A stretch of DNA of 64,000 nucleotides from Diplonema japonicum (GCA_964019335.1 OZ025700.1:62001-126000); one strand, 5' to 3'; shown: positions 1 through 11,536, numbered from the stretch's first letter. Notes: a model not told the origin generated them from the sequence alone. Numbers and translations: made by a program.

Positions 1-435
1 CAAGGCGGTGCGCTGCGCTTTGTCGAGCTCAGTGGACGTGAGGAGGATGCCTTCTTTGCAGTGAAGGAATCCCGACTTTGGATTGATGTGCTTCTTGAGT
101 GTTTCAATGCTCTCCTCGGGGATCCCGGCCTCCTGCAGGGCCGGGTATCCAAGGACAGCTTTCTCCGCAGCAGTGCCACCAAGTTCATCCGGTTCGCCCT
201 CCTCAGACAGTGCATTCATATCTTTCAAGACACATGCGTCATCACCCCACACCTCTCTCACAACAAAGTCGCTGAATCTCCCTTTCAACACACAATTGTA
301 CCTCGTGATCTCTTCATTCATGTACTGTATGATACCAACTGCTTCATTGCTGGCAGATGCACTCCTGGTGTACTCTACTTTCGGCTTCTTCGCTTCACTG
401 TCCTTTACCTCTTCCTGATCCAATGTTCTCTTCAT
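1..435 (-). CDS. PUS7: Pseudouridine synthase PUS7/TruD family, N-terminal part (continues past window start)
   Basis: Not in the ORF track. Manual translation from ATG at 435 is open to base 1: MKRTLDQEEV...VGIIQYMNEEITRYNCVLKGRFSDFVVREV...ELDKAQRTAL. This matches the PUS7 N-terminal VGI..Y / LK.R(Y/F)SDF.V.E and DK..RT motifs. Confidence 0.8.
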   Translation of the reverse strand, partial: MKRTLDQEEVKDSEAKKPKVEYTRSASASNEAVGIIQYMNEEITRYNCVLKGRFSDFVVREVWGDDACVLKDMNALSEEGEPDELGGTAAEKAVLGYPALQEAGIPEESIETLKKHINPKSGFLHCKEGILLTSTELDKAQRTAL

Positions 436-1470
436 GGTTGACTGGGGGAGGTGTTGAGGAATAATGAAACTGAAAAGATTCAATAAACAGGGAGGAAAAA
501 TACTTTGCATGAACGCGATGATTGAGATATCAGATCGCGGACATGATCCATAGGCCGGCCGCAATAAAGGGCCACTAGAGGGACAACAAAGCAAAAAAGA
601 AATATAAAAGGTAAAAAGAGGAAATCCCTGATTTTTGGGACGTCCTCTTTTTACCTTTTATTAAAAAAAAGAAATATATAAAAAAAAAGGGGGGTAGAGT
701 TTTGATTGAGTGGGGAGGAAAAGAAAGGAAAAGAAAGGAAAGAGAAAGAAAAGAGAAAGAACAGAGAAGCATTGCAAACAGCCTGCCTATGCCGACAAGA
801 AGGTCAGAAAGGTTAGAACCGTCTGTCAATTTGCTTAGTTCTCGGACCGCATTAATCAACCGCCCCTCCGGGGTGGGGGAGGGGAGGGGGGGGATTCATG
901 CGCAATAGATAGGTGGGGTACGAGATGGGTTAAAGGTGGGGTTGAAATAAAATTCTACCCGCATAAAGAGAAAAAGAGGCGGTATAGTGAAGATTGATAA
1001 TACACAGTCGGGGAACCACTCCACTTCCTCAACATCTTGGATTTACTCACTCCCCGTATACACCCTCTTATCTGCATGCCTTACCCAAAGGGTTTAGAGA
1101 AACAAAAAAAAATAGAATATAAGTGTAGAAAGCTGGGAGGAATTTTATTTTTCCACGTTACGATAACGTGAAAAATATATATAGGATACAGCAACACCTG
1201 TTCTTGGTTCACGCCTCTTCTTTTTTCTGTCATCAATCCTAAGAGGGGACAGAGTTGTTGCAGAAAATAGGTAGTGAGCTACAAAAAAGAAGAACGAGGG
1301 CCTAAAAATGCGAACCATGTTTAAAAGTATTCATAAGAATAGAATCAACGCGTACGACAGAAAGCCATCGAAAATCAATGTAACTAACTAAGTTCAGAGA
1401 GATATATGATTTCGGATTTAATAGTTTCATTTTCTTGTATCAATGATCAACCTTTTTTTGGACTACCTTC

Positions 1471-2967
1471 CTAAAAGCTGGGAGCACTGAAGCACGTGCA
1501 CTTGTTCCTGTTGGAGAAGGCAGGTCCAGAGGGCTTCTTCCCACACAGGGGTCCTCCGTTCCCTGCATTGCGCTGCACGAAGACAGAGAAGTGGAGGAGG
1601 TCCCTGGTGAGGGGAATCTCGATGGAGGGGGCCCCTCCCACCTCCACCCGCCTGAAGGTCGCTGTCGGGAGAGAAGTTGCGGGAGAGGGAGCCCCAGAGA
1701 AGGTGGGGACATACTTGGGCCCGCAGCTTCCAGCCTCGAAGCCTGCGTCGAGCAGCCCGTGAGGAAGGCCCCCGTTCAGAGCAGAGCTGCAGGGGAGGCA
1801 GTTGTGGAGCGTCACATAAAAGGTGCACGGGTCGCTGCCCAAACACGTCAGCCGCAGAGACATCCCCTTCTTCCCGTGGGCTCCCATGTGCGCAGAAGAC
1901 CCTGCTAACCAAGACGGCATGTCCACCCACTTCTGACCGCTAAGCTCCTCCTCAGTCGAAGACCCCTCTGCCCCCACAAGCTTCTCCACAGGGTCCTTTC
2001 CCCCAACCAACACCACCATCGCATCAGGAATGTTGTAGATCGCAAGCTTGTCAGGAGGGCCGCTGGCGTAGAGGTAACCGCCCTCAACCAAGATAGAGAA
2101 GTACTGATCCGCGTCACTTGCGATGACGGTCCACGTGTTGGGGGCTGTCTCCTCCAACACAAAGATGCTCTCACACGCCAGGTACATCTTGGAGTTGTAG
2201 AATTTTACGTCGCCACAGTTGTCTGTGCCCGATGGCATGACGAGAGGGACGTGCTCACCTGTTGCAGCATTGACCTTCAGTACTTCATCACCCAGCCTGC
2301 TGATGTACAGGAAGCCTTCATGGTAGGTGATTTTGTTGAAGGCGATGATTGGCGAGTCGTAGGTCACCTCAATGAAGGGGTTGGTGGGGTCAGACACGTC
2401 GATGACGGCAATGCTGTCCATTGCACTGCTATCGTCCTTTGTAGCATAGACCTTGCCGTTGGCGTAGACCATGTCAAAGATGAAGGTGCTTGGCTTGGTG
2501 AGAGAGAATGAACCCACCTGAGTGAGTGTGTTCTTGGCGAGCACGTAGAATGTCTCAGTGCTTGCCAATGGAGCGAAGTACGACACGAAGATGTGGTCAG
2601 CCGACTGCGCCATCCCACGCCAGTGCCAGTCAGCACCAAGGTCAAGAGTGAAGACCACATCTGGGTTGGCGGGGTTGGTGCTCATATCGTAGACAATCAC
2701 CGATGATTCATACCCCACGTAAAAAAGGTTCCCGTCTGCCTCCACAGAAAGGCCCTTCTGACCTAAATGTGTGAGAGAACCAATTTCTACAGGATTCATC
2801 TTGTCCGCCACGTTCGTGATCTTCACTGTGGTGTCCAACAAACTGAAGGTGTAGTCACCTAGCCTTGCAAGATCGGTAGATAAGAGTCCTGCCCCAACGG
2901 AGCCCACTTTGACGAGCTCCTGACCCGTGACGGCAGCCACAGCGAACAACAGCACTCTCCCCAACAT
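1471..2967 (-). CDS. Secreted LVIVD-repeat-like beta-propeller protein with a Cys-rich C-terminal domain (copy 1)
   Basis: 498 aa; signal peptide MLGRVLLFAVAAVTG; repeats ITNVADKMNP, VYDMSTNPANP, VIDVSDPTNP; C-terminal HNCLPCSSALNGGLP...GSCGPKY domain. Confidence 0.85.
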   Translation of the reverse strand: MLGRVLLFAVAAVTGQELVKVGSVGAGLLSTDLARLGDYTFSLLDTTVKITNVADKMNPVEIGSLTHLGQKGLSVEADGNLFYVGYESSVIVYDMSTNPANPDVVFTLDLGADWHWRGMAQSADHIFVSYFAPLASTETFYVLAKNTLTQVGSFSLTKPSTFIFDMVYANGKVYATKDDSSAMDSIAVIDVSDPTNPFIEVTYDSPIIAFNKITYHEGFLYISRLGDEVLKVNAATGEHVPLVMPSGTDNCGDVKFYNSKMYLACESIFVLEETAPNTWTVIASDADQYFSILVEGGYLYASGPPDKLAIYNIPDAMVVLVGGKDPVEKLVGAEGSSTEEELSGQKWVDMPSWLAGSSAHMGAHGKKGMSLRLTCLGSDPCTFYVTLHNCLPCSSALNGGLPHGLLDAGFEAGSCGPKYVPTFSGAPSPATSLPTATFRRVEVGGAPSIEIPLTRDLLHFSVFVQRNAGNGGPLCGKKPSGPAFSNRNKCTCFSAPSF

Positions 2968-3516
2968 TTTAATTATTTGAAGGAGAAAAAAAAATTGATG
3001 TAACCTGTGTTATCAGTTCAACCAAATTGTTTACGGAACGGAACACCTAGCTCCTAGCTGCCTCAGATGGTCCAGCGGTCAGCTTTACGTCCTTTTCCAC
3101 GAAGTCAGCTCCGTGTTTTAAGGTACTGTGCTTTACTTTTTTCGGGTAGTTGGCTTTCTCAAAAAAGACCTTTCGGTCAAATAGCGCCGCCTACCATTCT
3201 CTCTTTTGGCGACATTGTTCGACTTTTTTCACTTTGTTTGGCTAAATGCTGCCCCTTTTTCGGCATTATTTCAAGAATTTGAAGGGTCTAAAACTTTTTA
3301 AGAGATCAAAGGAGCTGATTCAGTAATAGAAAAAATAGAGATGAAGTAAAACTACAAAAAAAAACGCATTGAGACGCAAGCAGCTGAAATGTTTACTGAA
3401 TGAGGCAAGGTGTCACCTTTTTTTTCCCTGCGAAACTTCAGAAAACCCTCAGAAAACCTAAGAAGAGAAAGGGTTTAAACCGTGTTTAGGTACTCGGCTT
3501 ATAGACCGTAGTATTA

Positions 3517-3783
3517 TTATAGATCCCATCTTCACTTGGTGTTCACGGTGAAGGAAAATGAGCCCACTTGAGTGAGGGGGCCTGGGTAGGTGCTCATATC
3601 GATGAATAATACCCCACGTAAACAAGGCTCCCGTCTGCCTTCATTGAAACGACTTGCTGGTGATTATTTGTGAAAGTACTAACTTCTACAGGATTCATCT
3701 TGTGCGCCACGTTCGTGATCCTCACCTTTTCCATAAACGCACTGCGGGTGTTGTCACCCATCTTCACAAAAAGAGTTGAAGTC
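3517..3783 (-). pseudogene. Diverged, internally deleted fragment of a beta-propeller paralog
   Basis: KVRITNVAHKMNPVEV...MKADGSLVYVGY aligns to TVKITNVADKMNPVEI...VEADGNLFYVGY; 3548-3577 resembles 2498-2528 after a deletion. Confidence 0.8.
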
Positions 3784-4706
3784 TCTATTATCGGTCCCGG
3801 AAATGTTTCCGTTTTCCTACCAACATAGCCCTGGGGGTGTTGAGGAATAATGAAACTGAAAAGATTCAATAAACAGGGAGGAAAAATACTTTGCATGAAC
3901 GCGATGATTGAGATATCAGATCGCGGACATGATCCATAGGCCGGCCGCAATAAAGGCCACTAGAGGGACAACAAAGCAAAAATAAAAGCAGAGTTTTTGA
4001 TGTGGGGGGGGGGGGGGGGGAGAGAAAAGAGAAAGAACAGAGAAGCATTGCAAACAGCCTGCCTATGCCGACAAAAAGGTCAGAAAGGTTAGAACCGTCT
4101 GTCAATTTGCTTAGTTCTCAGCACCGCATTAATCAACCGCCGGGTGGGGGGAGGGGAGGGGGGTCATGCGCAATAGTGGGAGGGGAGGGGAGGGGGTGGG
4201 TTACGAGATGGGTCAAGGTGGAGAAGAGAAAAAGAGGCGGTATAGTGAAGATTGATAATACACAGTCGGGGAACCACTCCACTTCCTCAACTCTTGGATT
4301 TACTCACTCCCCGTATACACCCTCTTATCTGCATGCCTTACCCAAAGGGTTTAGAGAAACAAAAAAAAATAGAATATAAGTGTAGAAAGCTGGGAGGAAT
4401 TTTATTTTTCCACGTTACGATAACGTGAAAAATATATATAGGATACAGCAACACCTGTTCTTGGTTCACGCCTCTTCTTTTTTCTGTCATCAATCCTAAG
4501 AGGGGACAGAGTTGTTGCAGAAAATAGGTAGTGAGCTACAAAAAAGAAGAACGAGGGCCTAAAAATGCGAACCATGTTTAATAGTATTCATAAGAATAGA
4601 ATCAACGCGTACGACAGAAAGCCATCGAAAATCAATGTAACTAACTAAGTTCAGAGAGATATATGATTTCGGATTTAATGGTTTCACTTTCTTGTAATCA
4701 ACCTTC

Positions 4707-6203
4707 TTAAAAGCTGGGAGCACTGAAGCACGTGCACTTGTTCCTGTCGGGGAAGGCAGGTCCAGAGGGCTTCTTCCCACACAGGGGTCCTCCGTTCCCT
4801 GCATTGCGCTGCACGAAGACAGAGAAGTGGAGGAGGTCCCTGGTGAGGGGAATCTCGATGGAGGGGGTCCCTCCCGCCACCTCCAACCTGAAGGTCGCTG
4901 TCGGGAGAGAAGTTGCGGGAGAGGGAGCCCCAGAGAAGGTGGGGACGTACTTGGGCCCGCAGCTTCCAGCCTCGAAGCCTGCGTCGAGCAGCCCGTGAGG
5001 AAGGCCCCCGTTCAGAGCAGAGCTGCAGGGGAGGCAGTTGTGGAGCGTCACATAAAAGGTGCACGGGTCGCTGCCCAAACACGTCAGCCGCAGAGACATC
5101 CCCTTCTTCCCGTGGGCTCCCATGTGCGCAGAAGACCCTGCTAACCAAGACGGCATGTCCACCCACTTCTGACCGCTAAGCTCCTCCTCAGTCGAAGACC
5201 CCTCTGCCCCCACAAGCTTCTCCACAGGGTCCTTTCCCCCAACCAACACCACCATCGCATCAGGAATGTTGTAGATCGCAAGCTTGTCAGGAGGGCCGCT
5301 GGCGTAGAGGTAACCGCCCTCAACCAAGATAGAGAAGTACTGATCCGCGTCACTTGCGATGACGGTCCACGTGTTGGGGGCTGTCTCCTCCAACACAAAG
5401 ATGCTCTCACACGCCAGGTACATCTTGGAGTTGTAGAATTTTACGTCGCCACAGTTGTCTGTGCCCGATGGCATGACGAGAGGGACGTGCTCACCTGTTG
5501 CAGCATTGACCTTCAGTACTTCATCACCCAGCCTGCTGATGTACAGGAAGCCTTCATGGTAGGTGATTTTGTTGAAGGCGATGATTGGCGAGTCGTAGGT
5601 CACCTCAATGAAGGGGTTGGTGGGGTCAGACACGTCGATGACGGCAATGCTGTCCATTGCACTGCTATCGTCCTTTGTAGCATAGACCTTGCCGTTGGCG
5701 TAGACCATGTCAAAGATGAAGGTGCTTGGCTTGGTGAGAGAGAATGAACCCACCTGAGTGAGTGTGTTCTTGGCGAGCACGTAGAATGTCTCAGTGCTTG
5801 CCAATGGAGCGAAGTACGACACGAAGATGTGGTCAGCCGACTGCGCCATCCCACGCCAGTGCCAGTCAGCACCAAGGTCAAGAGTGAAGACCACATCTGG
5901 GTTGGCGGGGTTGGTGCTCATATCGTAGACAATCACCGATGATTCATACCCCACGTAAAAAAGGTTCCCGTCTGCCTCCACAGAAAGGCCCTTCTGACCT
6001 AAATGTGTGAGAGAACCAATTTCTACAGGATTCATCTTGTCCGCCACGTTCGTGATCTTCACTGTGGTGTCCAACAAACTGAAGGTGTAGTCACCTAGCC
6101 TTGCAAGATCGGTAGATAAGAGTCCTGCCCCAACGGAGCCCACTTTGACGAGCTCCTGACCCGTGACGGCAGCCACAGCGAACAACAGCACTCTCCCCAA
6201 CAT
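4707..6203 (-). CDS. Secreted LVIVD-repeat-like beta-propeller protein (copy 2, chimeric)
   Basis: 498 aa; N-terminal half matches copy 1, C-terminal end matches copy 3. Confidence 0.85.
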   Translation of the reverse strand: MLGRVLLFAVAAVTGQELVKVGSVGAGLLSTDLARLGDYTFSLLDTTVKITNVADKMNPVEIGSLTHLGQKGLSVEADGNLFYVGYESSVIVYDMSTNPANPDVVFTLDLGADWHWRGMAQSADHIFVSYFAPLASTETFYVLAKNTLTQVGSFSLTKPSTFIFDMVYANGKVYATKDDSSAMDSIAVIDVSDPTNPFIEVTYDSPIIAFNKITYHEGFLYISRLGDEVLKVNAATGEHVPLVMPSGTDNCGDVKFYNSKMYLACESIFVLEETAPNTWTVIASDADQYFSILVEGGYLYASGPPDKLAIYNIPDAMVVLVGGKDPVEKLVGAEGSSTEEELSGQKWVDMPSWLAGSSAHMGAHGKKGMSLRLTCLGSDPCTFYVTLHNCLPCSSALNGGLPHGLLDAGFEAGSCGPKYVPTFSGAPSPATSLPTATFRLEVAGGTPSIEIPLTRDLLHFSVFVQRNAGNGGPLCGKKPSGPAFPDRNKCTCFSAPSF

Positions 6204-6752
6204 TTTAATTATTTGAAGGAGAAAAAAAAATTGATGTAACCTGTGTTATCAGTTCAACCAAATTGTTTACGGAACGGAACACCTAGCTCCTAGCTGCCTC
6301 AGATGGTCCAGCGGTCAGCTTTACGTCCTTTTCCACGAAGTCAGCTCCGTGTTTTAAGGTACTGTGCTTTACTTTTTTCGGGTAGTTGGCTTTCTCAAAA
6401 AAGACCTTTCGGTCAAATAGCGCCGCCTACCATTCTCTCTTTTGGCGACATTGTTCGACTTTTTTCACTTTGTTTGGCTAAATGCTGCCCCTTTTTCGGC
6501 ATTATTTCAAGAATTTGAAGGGTCTAAAACTTTTTAAGAGATCAAAGGAGCTGATTCAGTAATAGAAAAAATAGAGATGAAGTAAAACTACAAAAAAAAA
6601 CGCATTGAGACGCAAGCAGCTGAAATGTTTACTGAATGAGGCAAGGTGTCACCTTTTTTTTCCCTGCGAAACTTCAGAAAACCCTCAGAAAACCTAAGAA
6701 GAGAAAGGGTTTAAACCGTGTTTAGGTACTCGGCTTATAGACCGTAGTATTA

Positions 6753-7019
6753 TTATAGATCCCATCTTCACTTGGTGTTCACGGTGAAGGAAAATGAGCC
6801 CACTTGAGTGAGGGGGCCTGGGTAGGTGCTCATATCGATGAATAATACCCCACGTAAACAAGGCTCCCGTCTGCCTTCATTGAAACGACTTGCTGGTGAT
6901 TATTTGTGAAAGTACTAACTTCTACAGGATTCATCTTGTGCGCCACGTTCGTGATCCTCACCTTTTCCATAAACGCACTGCGGGTGTTGTCACCCATCTT
7001 CACAAAAAGAGTTGAAGTC
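6753..7019 (-). pseudogene. Second copy of the deleted beta-propeller paralog fragment
   Basis: Same as 3517-3783 at offset +3236. Confidence 0.8.
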
Positions 7020-7941
7020 TCTATTATCGGTCCCGGAAATGTTTCCGTTTTCCTACCAACATAGCCCTGGGGGTGTTGAGGAATAATGAAACTGAAAAGA
7101 TTCAATAAACAGGGAGGAAAAATACTTTGCATGAACGCGATGATTGAGATATCAGATCGCGGACATGATCCATAGGCCGGCCGCAATAAAGGCCACTAGA
7201 GGGACAACAAAGCAAAAATAAAAGCAGAGTTTTTGATGTGGGGGGGGGGGGGGGGAGAGAAAAGAGAAAGAACAGAGAAGCATTGCAAACAGCCTGCCTA
7301 TGCCGACAAAAAGGTCAGAAAGGTTAGAACCGTCTGTCAATTTGCTTAGTTCTCAGCACCGCATTAATCAACCGCCGGGTGGGGGGAGGGGAGGGGGGTC
7401 ATGCGCAATAGTGGGAGGGGAGGGGAGGGGGTGGGTTACGAGATGGGTCAAGGTGGAGAAGAGAAAAAGAGGCGGTATAGTGAAGATTGATAATACACAG
7501 TCGGGGAACCACTCCACTTCCTCAACTCTTGGATTTACTCACTCCCCGTATACACCCTCTTATCTGCATGCCTTACCCAAAGGGTTTAGAGAAACAAAAA
7601 AAAATAGAATATAAGTGTAGAAAGCTGGGAGGAATTTTATTTTTCCACGTTACGATAACGTGAAAAATATATATAGGATACAGCAACACCTGTTCTTGGT
7701 TCACGCCTCTTCTTTTTTCTGTCATCAATCCTAAGAGGGGACAGAGTTGTTGCAGAAAATAGGTAGTGAGCTACAAAAAAGAAGAACGAGGGCCTAAAAA
7801 TGCGAACCATGTTTAATAGTATTCATAAGAATAGAATCAACGCGTACGACAGAAAGCCATCGAAAATCAATGTAACTAACTAAGTTCAGAGAGATATATG
7901 ATTTCGGATTTAATGGTTTCACTTTCTTGTAATCAACCTTC

Positions 7942-9441
7942 TTAAAAGCTGGGAGCACTGAAGCACGTGCACTTGTTCCTGTCGGGGAAGGCAGGTCCAG
8001 AGGGCTTCTTCCCACACAGGGGTCCTCCGTTCCCTGCATTGCGCTGCACGAAGACAGAGAAGTGGAGGAGGTCCCTGGTGAGGGGAATCTCGATGGAGGG
8101 GGTCCCTCCCGCCACCTCCAACCTGAAGGTCGCTGTCGGGAGAGAAGTTGCGGGAGAGGGAGCCCCAGAGAAGGTGGGGACGTACTTGGGCCCGCAGCTT
8201 CCAGCCTCGAAGCCTGCGTCGAGCAGCCCGTGAGGAAGGCCCCCGTTCAGAGCAGAGCTGCAGGGGAGGCAGTTGTGGAGCGTCACATAAAAGGTGCACG
8301 GGTCGCTGCCCAAACACGTCAGCCGCAGAGACATCCCCTTCTTCCCGTGGGCTCCCATGTGCGCAGAAGACCCTGCTAACCAAGACGGCATGTCCACCCA
8401 CTTCTGACCGCTAAGCTCCTCCTCAGTCGAAGACCCCTCTGCCCCCACAAGCTTCTCCACAGGGTCCTTTCCCCCAACCAACACCACCATCGCATCAGGA
8501 ATGTTGTAGATCGCAAGCTTGTCAGGAGGGCCGCTGGCGTAGAGGTAACCGCCCTCAACCAAGATAGAGAAGAACTGATCCGCGTCACTTGCGATGACGG
8601 TCCACGTGTTGGGGGCTGTCTCCTCCAACACAAAGAGGCTCTCACACCCCAGGTACATCTTGGAGTTGTAGAATCTTACGTCGCCACAGTTGTCTGTGCC
8701 CGATGGCATGACGAGAGGGACGTGCTCACCTGTTGCAGCATTGACCTTCAGTACTTCATCACCCAGCCTGCTGATGTACAGGAAGCCTTCATGGTAGGTG
8801 ATTTTGTTGAAGGCGATGATTGGCGAGTCGTAGGTCACCTCAATGAAGGGGTTGGTGGGGTCAGACACGTCGATGACGGCAATGCTGTCCATTGCACTGC
8901 TGTGGTCCTTTGTGGCATAGACCTTGCCGTTGGCGTAGACCATGTCAAAGATGAAGGTGCTTGGCTTGGTGAGAGAGAATGAACCCACCTGAGTGAGTGT
9001 GTTCTTGGCGAGCACGTAGAATGTCTCAGTGCTTGCCAATGGAGCGAAGTACGACACGAAGATGTGGTCAGCCGACTGCGCCATCCCACGCCAGTGCCAG
9101 TCAGCACCAAGGTCAAGAGTGAAGACCACATCTGGGTTGGCGGGGTTGGTGCTCATATCGTAGACAATCACCGATGATTCATACCCCACGTAAAAAAGGT
9201 TCCCGTCTGCCTCCACAGAAAGGCCCTTCTGACCTAAATGTGTGAGAGAACCAATTTCTACAGGATTCATCTTGTCCGCCACGTTCGTGATCTTCACTGT
9301 GGTGTCCAACAAACTGAAGGTGTAGTCACCTCGCTTCGCAAGATCAGCAGATAAGAGCCCTCCTGCCCCAACGGAGCCCACTTTGACGAGCTCCTGACCC
9401 GTGACGGCAGCCACAGCGAACAACAGTACTCTCCTCAACAT
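7942..9441 (-). CDS. Secreted LVIVD-repeat-like beta-propeller protein (copy 3)
   Basis: 499-aa paralog with a distinct N-terminus (MLRRVLL...GAGGLLSADLAKRG). Confidence 0.85.
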   Translation of the reverse strand: MLRRVLLFAVAAVTGQELVKVGSVGAGGLLSADLAKRGDYTFSLLDTTVKITNVADKMNPVEIGSLTHLGQKGLSVEADGNLFYVGYESSVIVYDMSTNPANPDVVFTLDLGADWHWRGMAQSADHIFVSYFAPLASTETFYVLAKNTLTQVGSFSLTKPSTFIFDMVYANGKVYATKDHSSAMDSIAVIDVSDPTNPFIEVTYDSPIIAFNKITYHEGFLYISRLGDEVLKVNAATGEHVPLVMPSGTDNCGDVRFYNSKMYLGCESLFVLEETAPNTWTVIASDADQFFSILVEGGYLYASGPPDKLAIYNIPDAMVVLVGGKDPVEKLVGAEGSSTEEELSGQKWVDMPSWLAGSSAHMGAHGKKGMSLRLTCLGSDPCTFYVTLHNCLPCSSALNGGLPHGLLDAGFEAGSCGPKYVPTFSGAPSPATSLPTATFRLEVAGGTPSIEIPLTRDLLHFSVFVQRNAGNGGPLCGKKPSGPAFPDRNKCTCFSAPSF

Positions 9442-10868
9442 ATTTGTTTGAAAGAAGAAAAAAGGTAATCAATTAACCTGTTTTTAACTTGAGAGATAAC
9501 TTGAGAAAAGAGCTGATTTACATATCAGCTTCGAACAAATCGAGGAGAAGGCGATGTTTAGGGCATCCCACTTGGACAACACTCCTGGTGGGGGCAGGGG
9601 TCTAGTCTCTTGATGCTCCTTTCAGAGCCTTGCTCTTGTTCCGGTTGCAGCTCCTCAGCCTTTCAGCCTATCGCCGCCTTCCCTCCTATGGCCATAAAGG
9701 GATTCAACTCTCGCTTTGGATCAACTTTTTTATGTCCAGTACCAGACCTCTGCTGCTATTGTCCCGTGGGTCGCGAAATTCTGGCCTTTTCGGTCTCTGG
9801 GAGCCTGAATTTCCTAGGCCTGCAGGGCATCCCCCGCACTTGCCTGGCCGGAGTTGTCAGCGTTCAAAAAAGTACGCTTGCCAACCTAGTTAGTCAACGT
9901 TCCCTAAGCGTTTGGAATGTGTTCTCAGTTACTAGGTACTTTGAAATGTAATAACCACTGGATTTGTGGGAAAAAGAATGAAGACCCCTCCAAGGTATTG
10001 AACCCCTGCTGCGAAGACACGTTTACCCAATAGGCCTCGATGGATGCATTTTGATCGTTTTCCTGCATCACAAAATTCCTTACAAAAAGAACATAAACCT
10101 TGAAGCAAGCAACGGCCCACCGCAGTGGCGTGCCTACCCTACGATGCCTTCCTCCTGGGGCAGCCCCCCTGTCCCACAGAGCTTCCGGTAATTTTTACTT
10201 CGGTAATTCTTTTTCTTCCGGAATTAATTGTTTTTACAGTAAATAAAAAGGAAAAAGAAGCTGGGGGAGGGAGGAGGGGGGAGAGACAGAGAAAACGAAG
10301 GGAAATGGTCATTATGTGGAAAACTATTTCGACGCACCGCATAGCCCCTCCCCACACCCTGCCCAACCCATTTGTCGGTTTTTTCTTTCCTCCCCTTCTT
10401 CCCTTTGCAACCTACGAATCTGAACCCTAAGATAAAAAGCGATGGTTTATAACTAAGAATAGAAGAGGAACAAGACGTCAATTGCTTGGAAGAGGAGAAC
10501 AAGAACGCGAGCCAGGAGTGGCATCAACCTGTAAACTATCTAACTAATTTACGAATTTCTTCTTTTTTTTCCCTTCTTTTTGCACTGTTAACTACCATTT
10601 GTTAACAGAACTACATATGGAAAAAAAAAAAAAGAAGAAGAAGAAACACACACACATCCACGCAAAGCACAGGAGGTATTTTTAAATTCTTTCTCTTCCG
10701 CACCGTTCGGTACAAAGCAAGCGTGTGGGCGCACAGGTAACTTTTGTGCTAGGAAAGGAAGGGGCGCACACAGCTAGTTTTGTTCGCTGTTTGGACTCCG
10801 CAAACACCGCAAGGCTGTCTAAGTGTCCCGTGTGCTTAATGCAGGTAATCTAGGATGGGGGGGTCCCG

Positions 10869-11536
10869 AAAAAAAAAAAAAAAAAAAAAAAAAAAGAGAC
10901 ATTTAAGGGTACCTGCGGTATGTGGCAGGACGCCTGAAGAGTCTCAATCTATCTCTTGATCGAACCTTTCTGCTGTGGTGTGGCCTTCGGCCCCTCGTTC
11001 ACCCTCCTCGGTACCTTAGGTATAAAACCCTCAACCGAGTTGGTAAGGACACAATAGTTGTACAGTTGTTTCTCAAGGATGTGGCGGGTCACCGGGGAGG
11101 CGAATACCGGTCTAGAGGAGTAGCCCCTTACGGAGCTGTTGTAGTAACCCAACGTGCGCAGGGAGTGGACAGAAACTACTGACGCAGCTGGGATGAGGGG
11201 CGCTATGCCCTTACTGGTGTGGATGCGTTCTAGTGCCGTTATCACCCGGCCTATTACACGCGCGCTCACTTGGATGTCCTCACCCTCTTCACAAGGTGAG
11301 AGTCCCACCGTGGCAATGAAGTCTATGGCCAGCTCAAGCCTGGAGACCTGTCCACCTGTCGTGCCCCAGTGAAGGGCAGAGAGCCATCGGATGACGTGCG
11401 GGATGAGCCGTGGGAGGCACTGTTGCCTCAAACCATTGTCGTAGTACCACCTCAGTGACCGTGGCTTGAGCAAACTCCCCTTCTCGAAAGGCCTGTTCCA
11501 CAGGTGAACGCTGAAGTCCATCGTCTTTTTCCGTGC
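10869..11536 (-). mobile_element. 5'-truncated putative non-LTR retroelement: ORF C-terminus, hairpin 3' UTR and sense-strand T27 tail
   Basis: GC-rich open frame ARKKTMDF...WLSALHW...VSRLELAIDFIATVG...KR* (stop 10949) begins abruptly next to a T-run. The 53-nt 3' UTR forms a stem-loop. The terminal 42 nt plus T-tail recur at 37864-37925. Confidence 0.6.

Larger units (their letters stand above)
443..9450. repeat. Tandem array, ~3236-bp period, of the beta-propeller gene plus spacer (3 gene copies)
   Basis: Near-identical sequence at offsets +3236/+3235; stop codons at 1471, 4707 and 7942. Confidence 0.95.

Noticed and set aside
9530-10230. GC-balanced, coding-like stretch upstream of the propeller array
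   Set aside because: The frames I translated have multiple stops and no recognisable motif; possibly a decayed gene or transposon, but unsupported.
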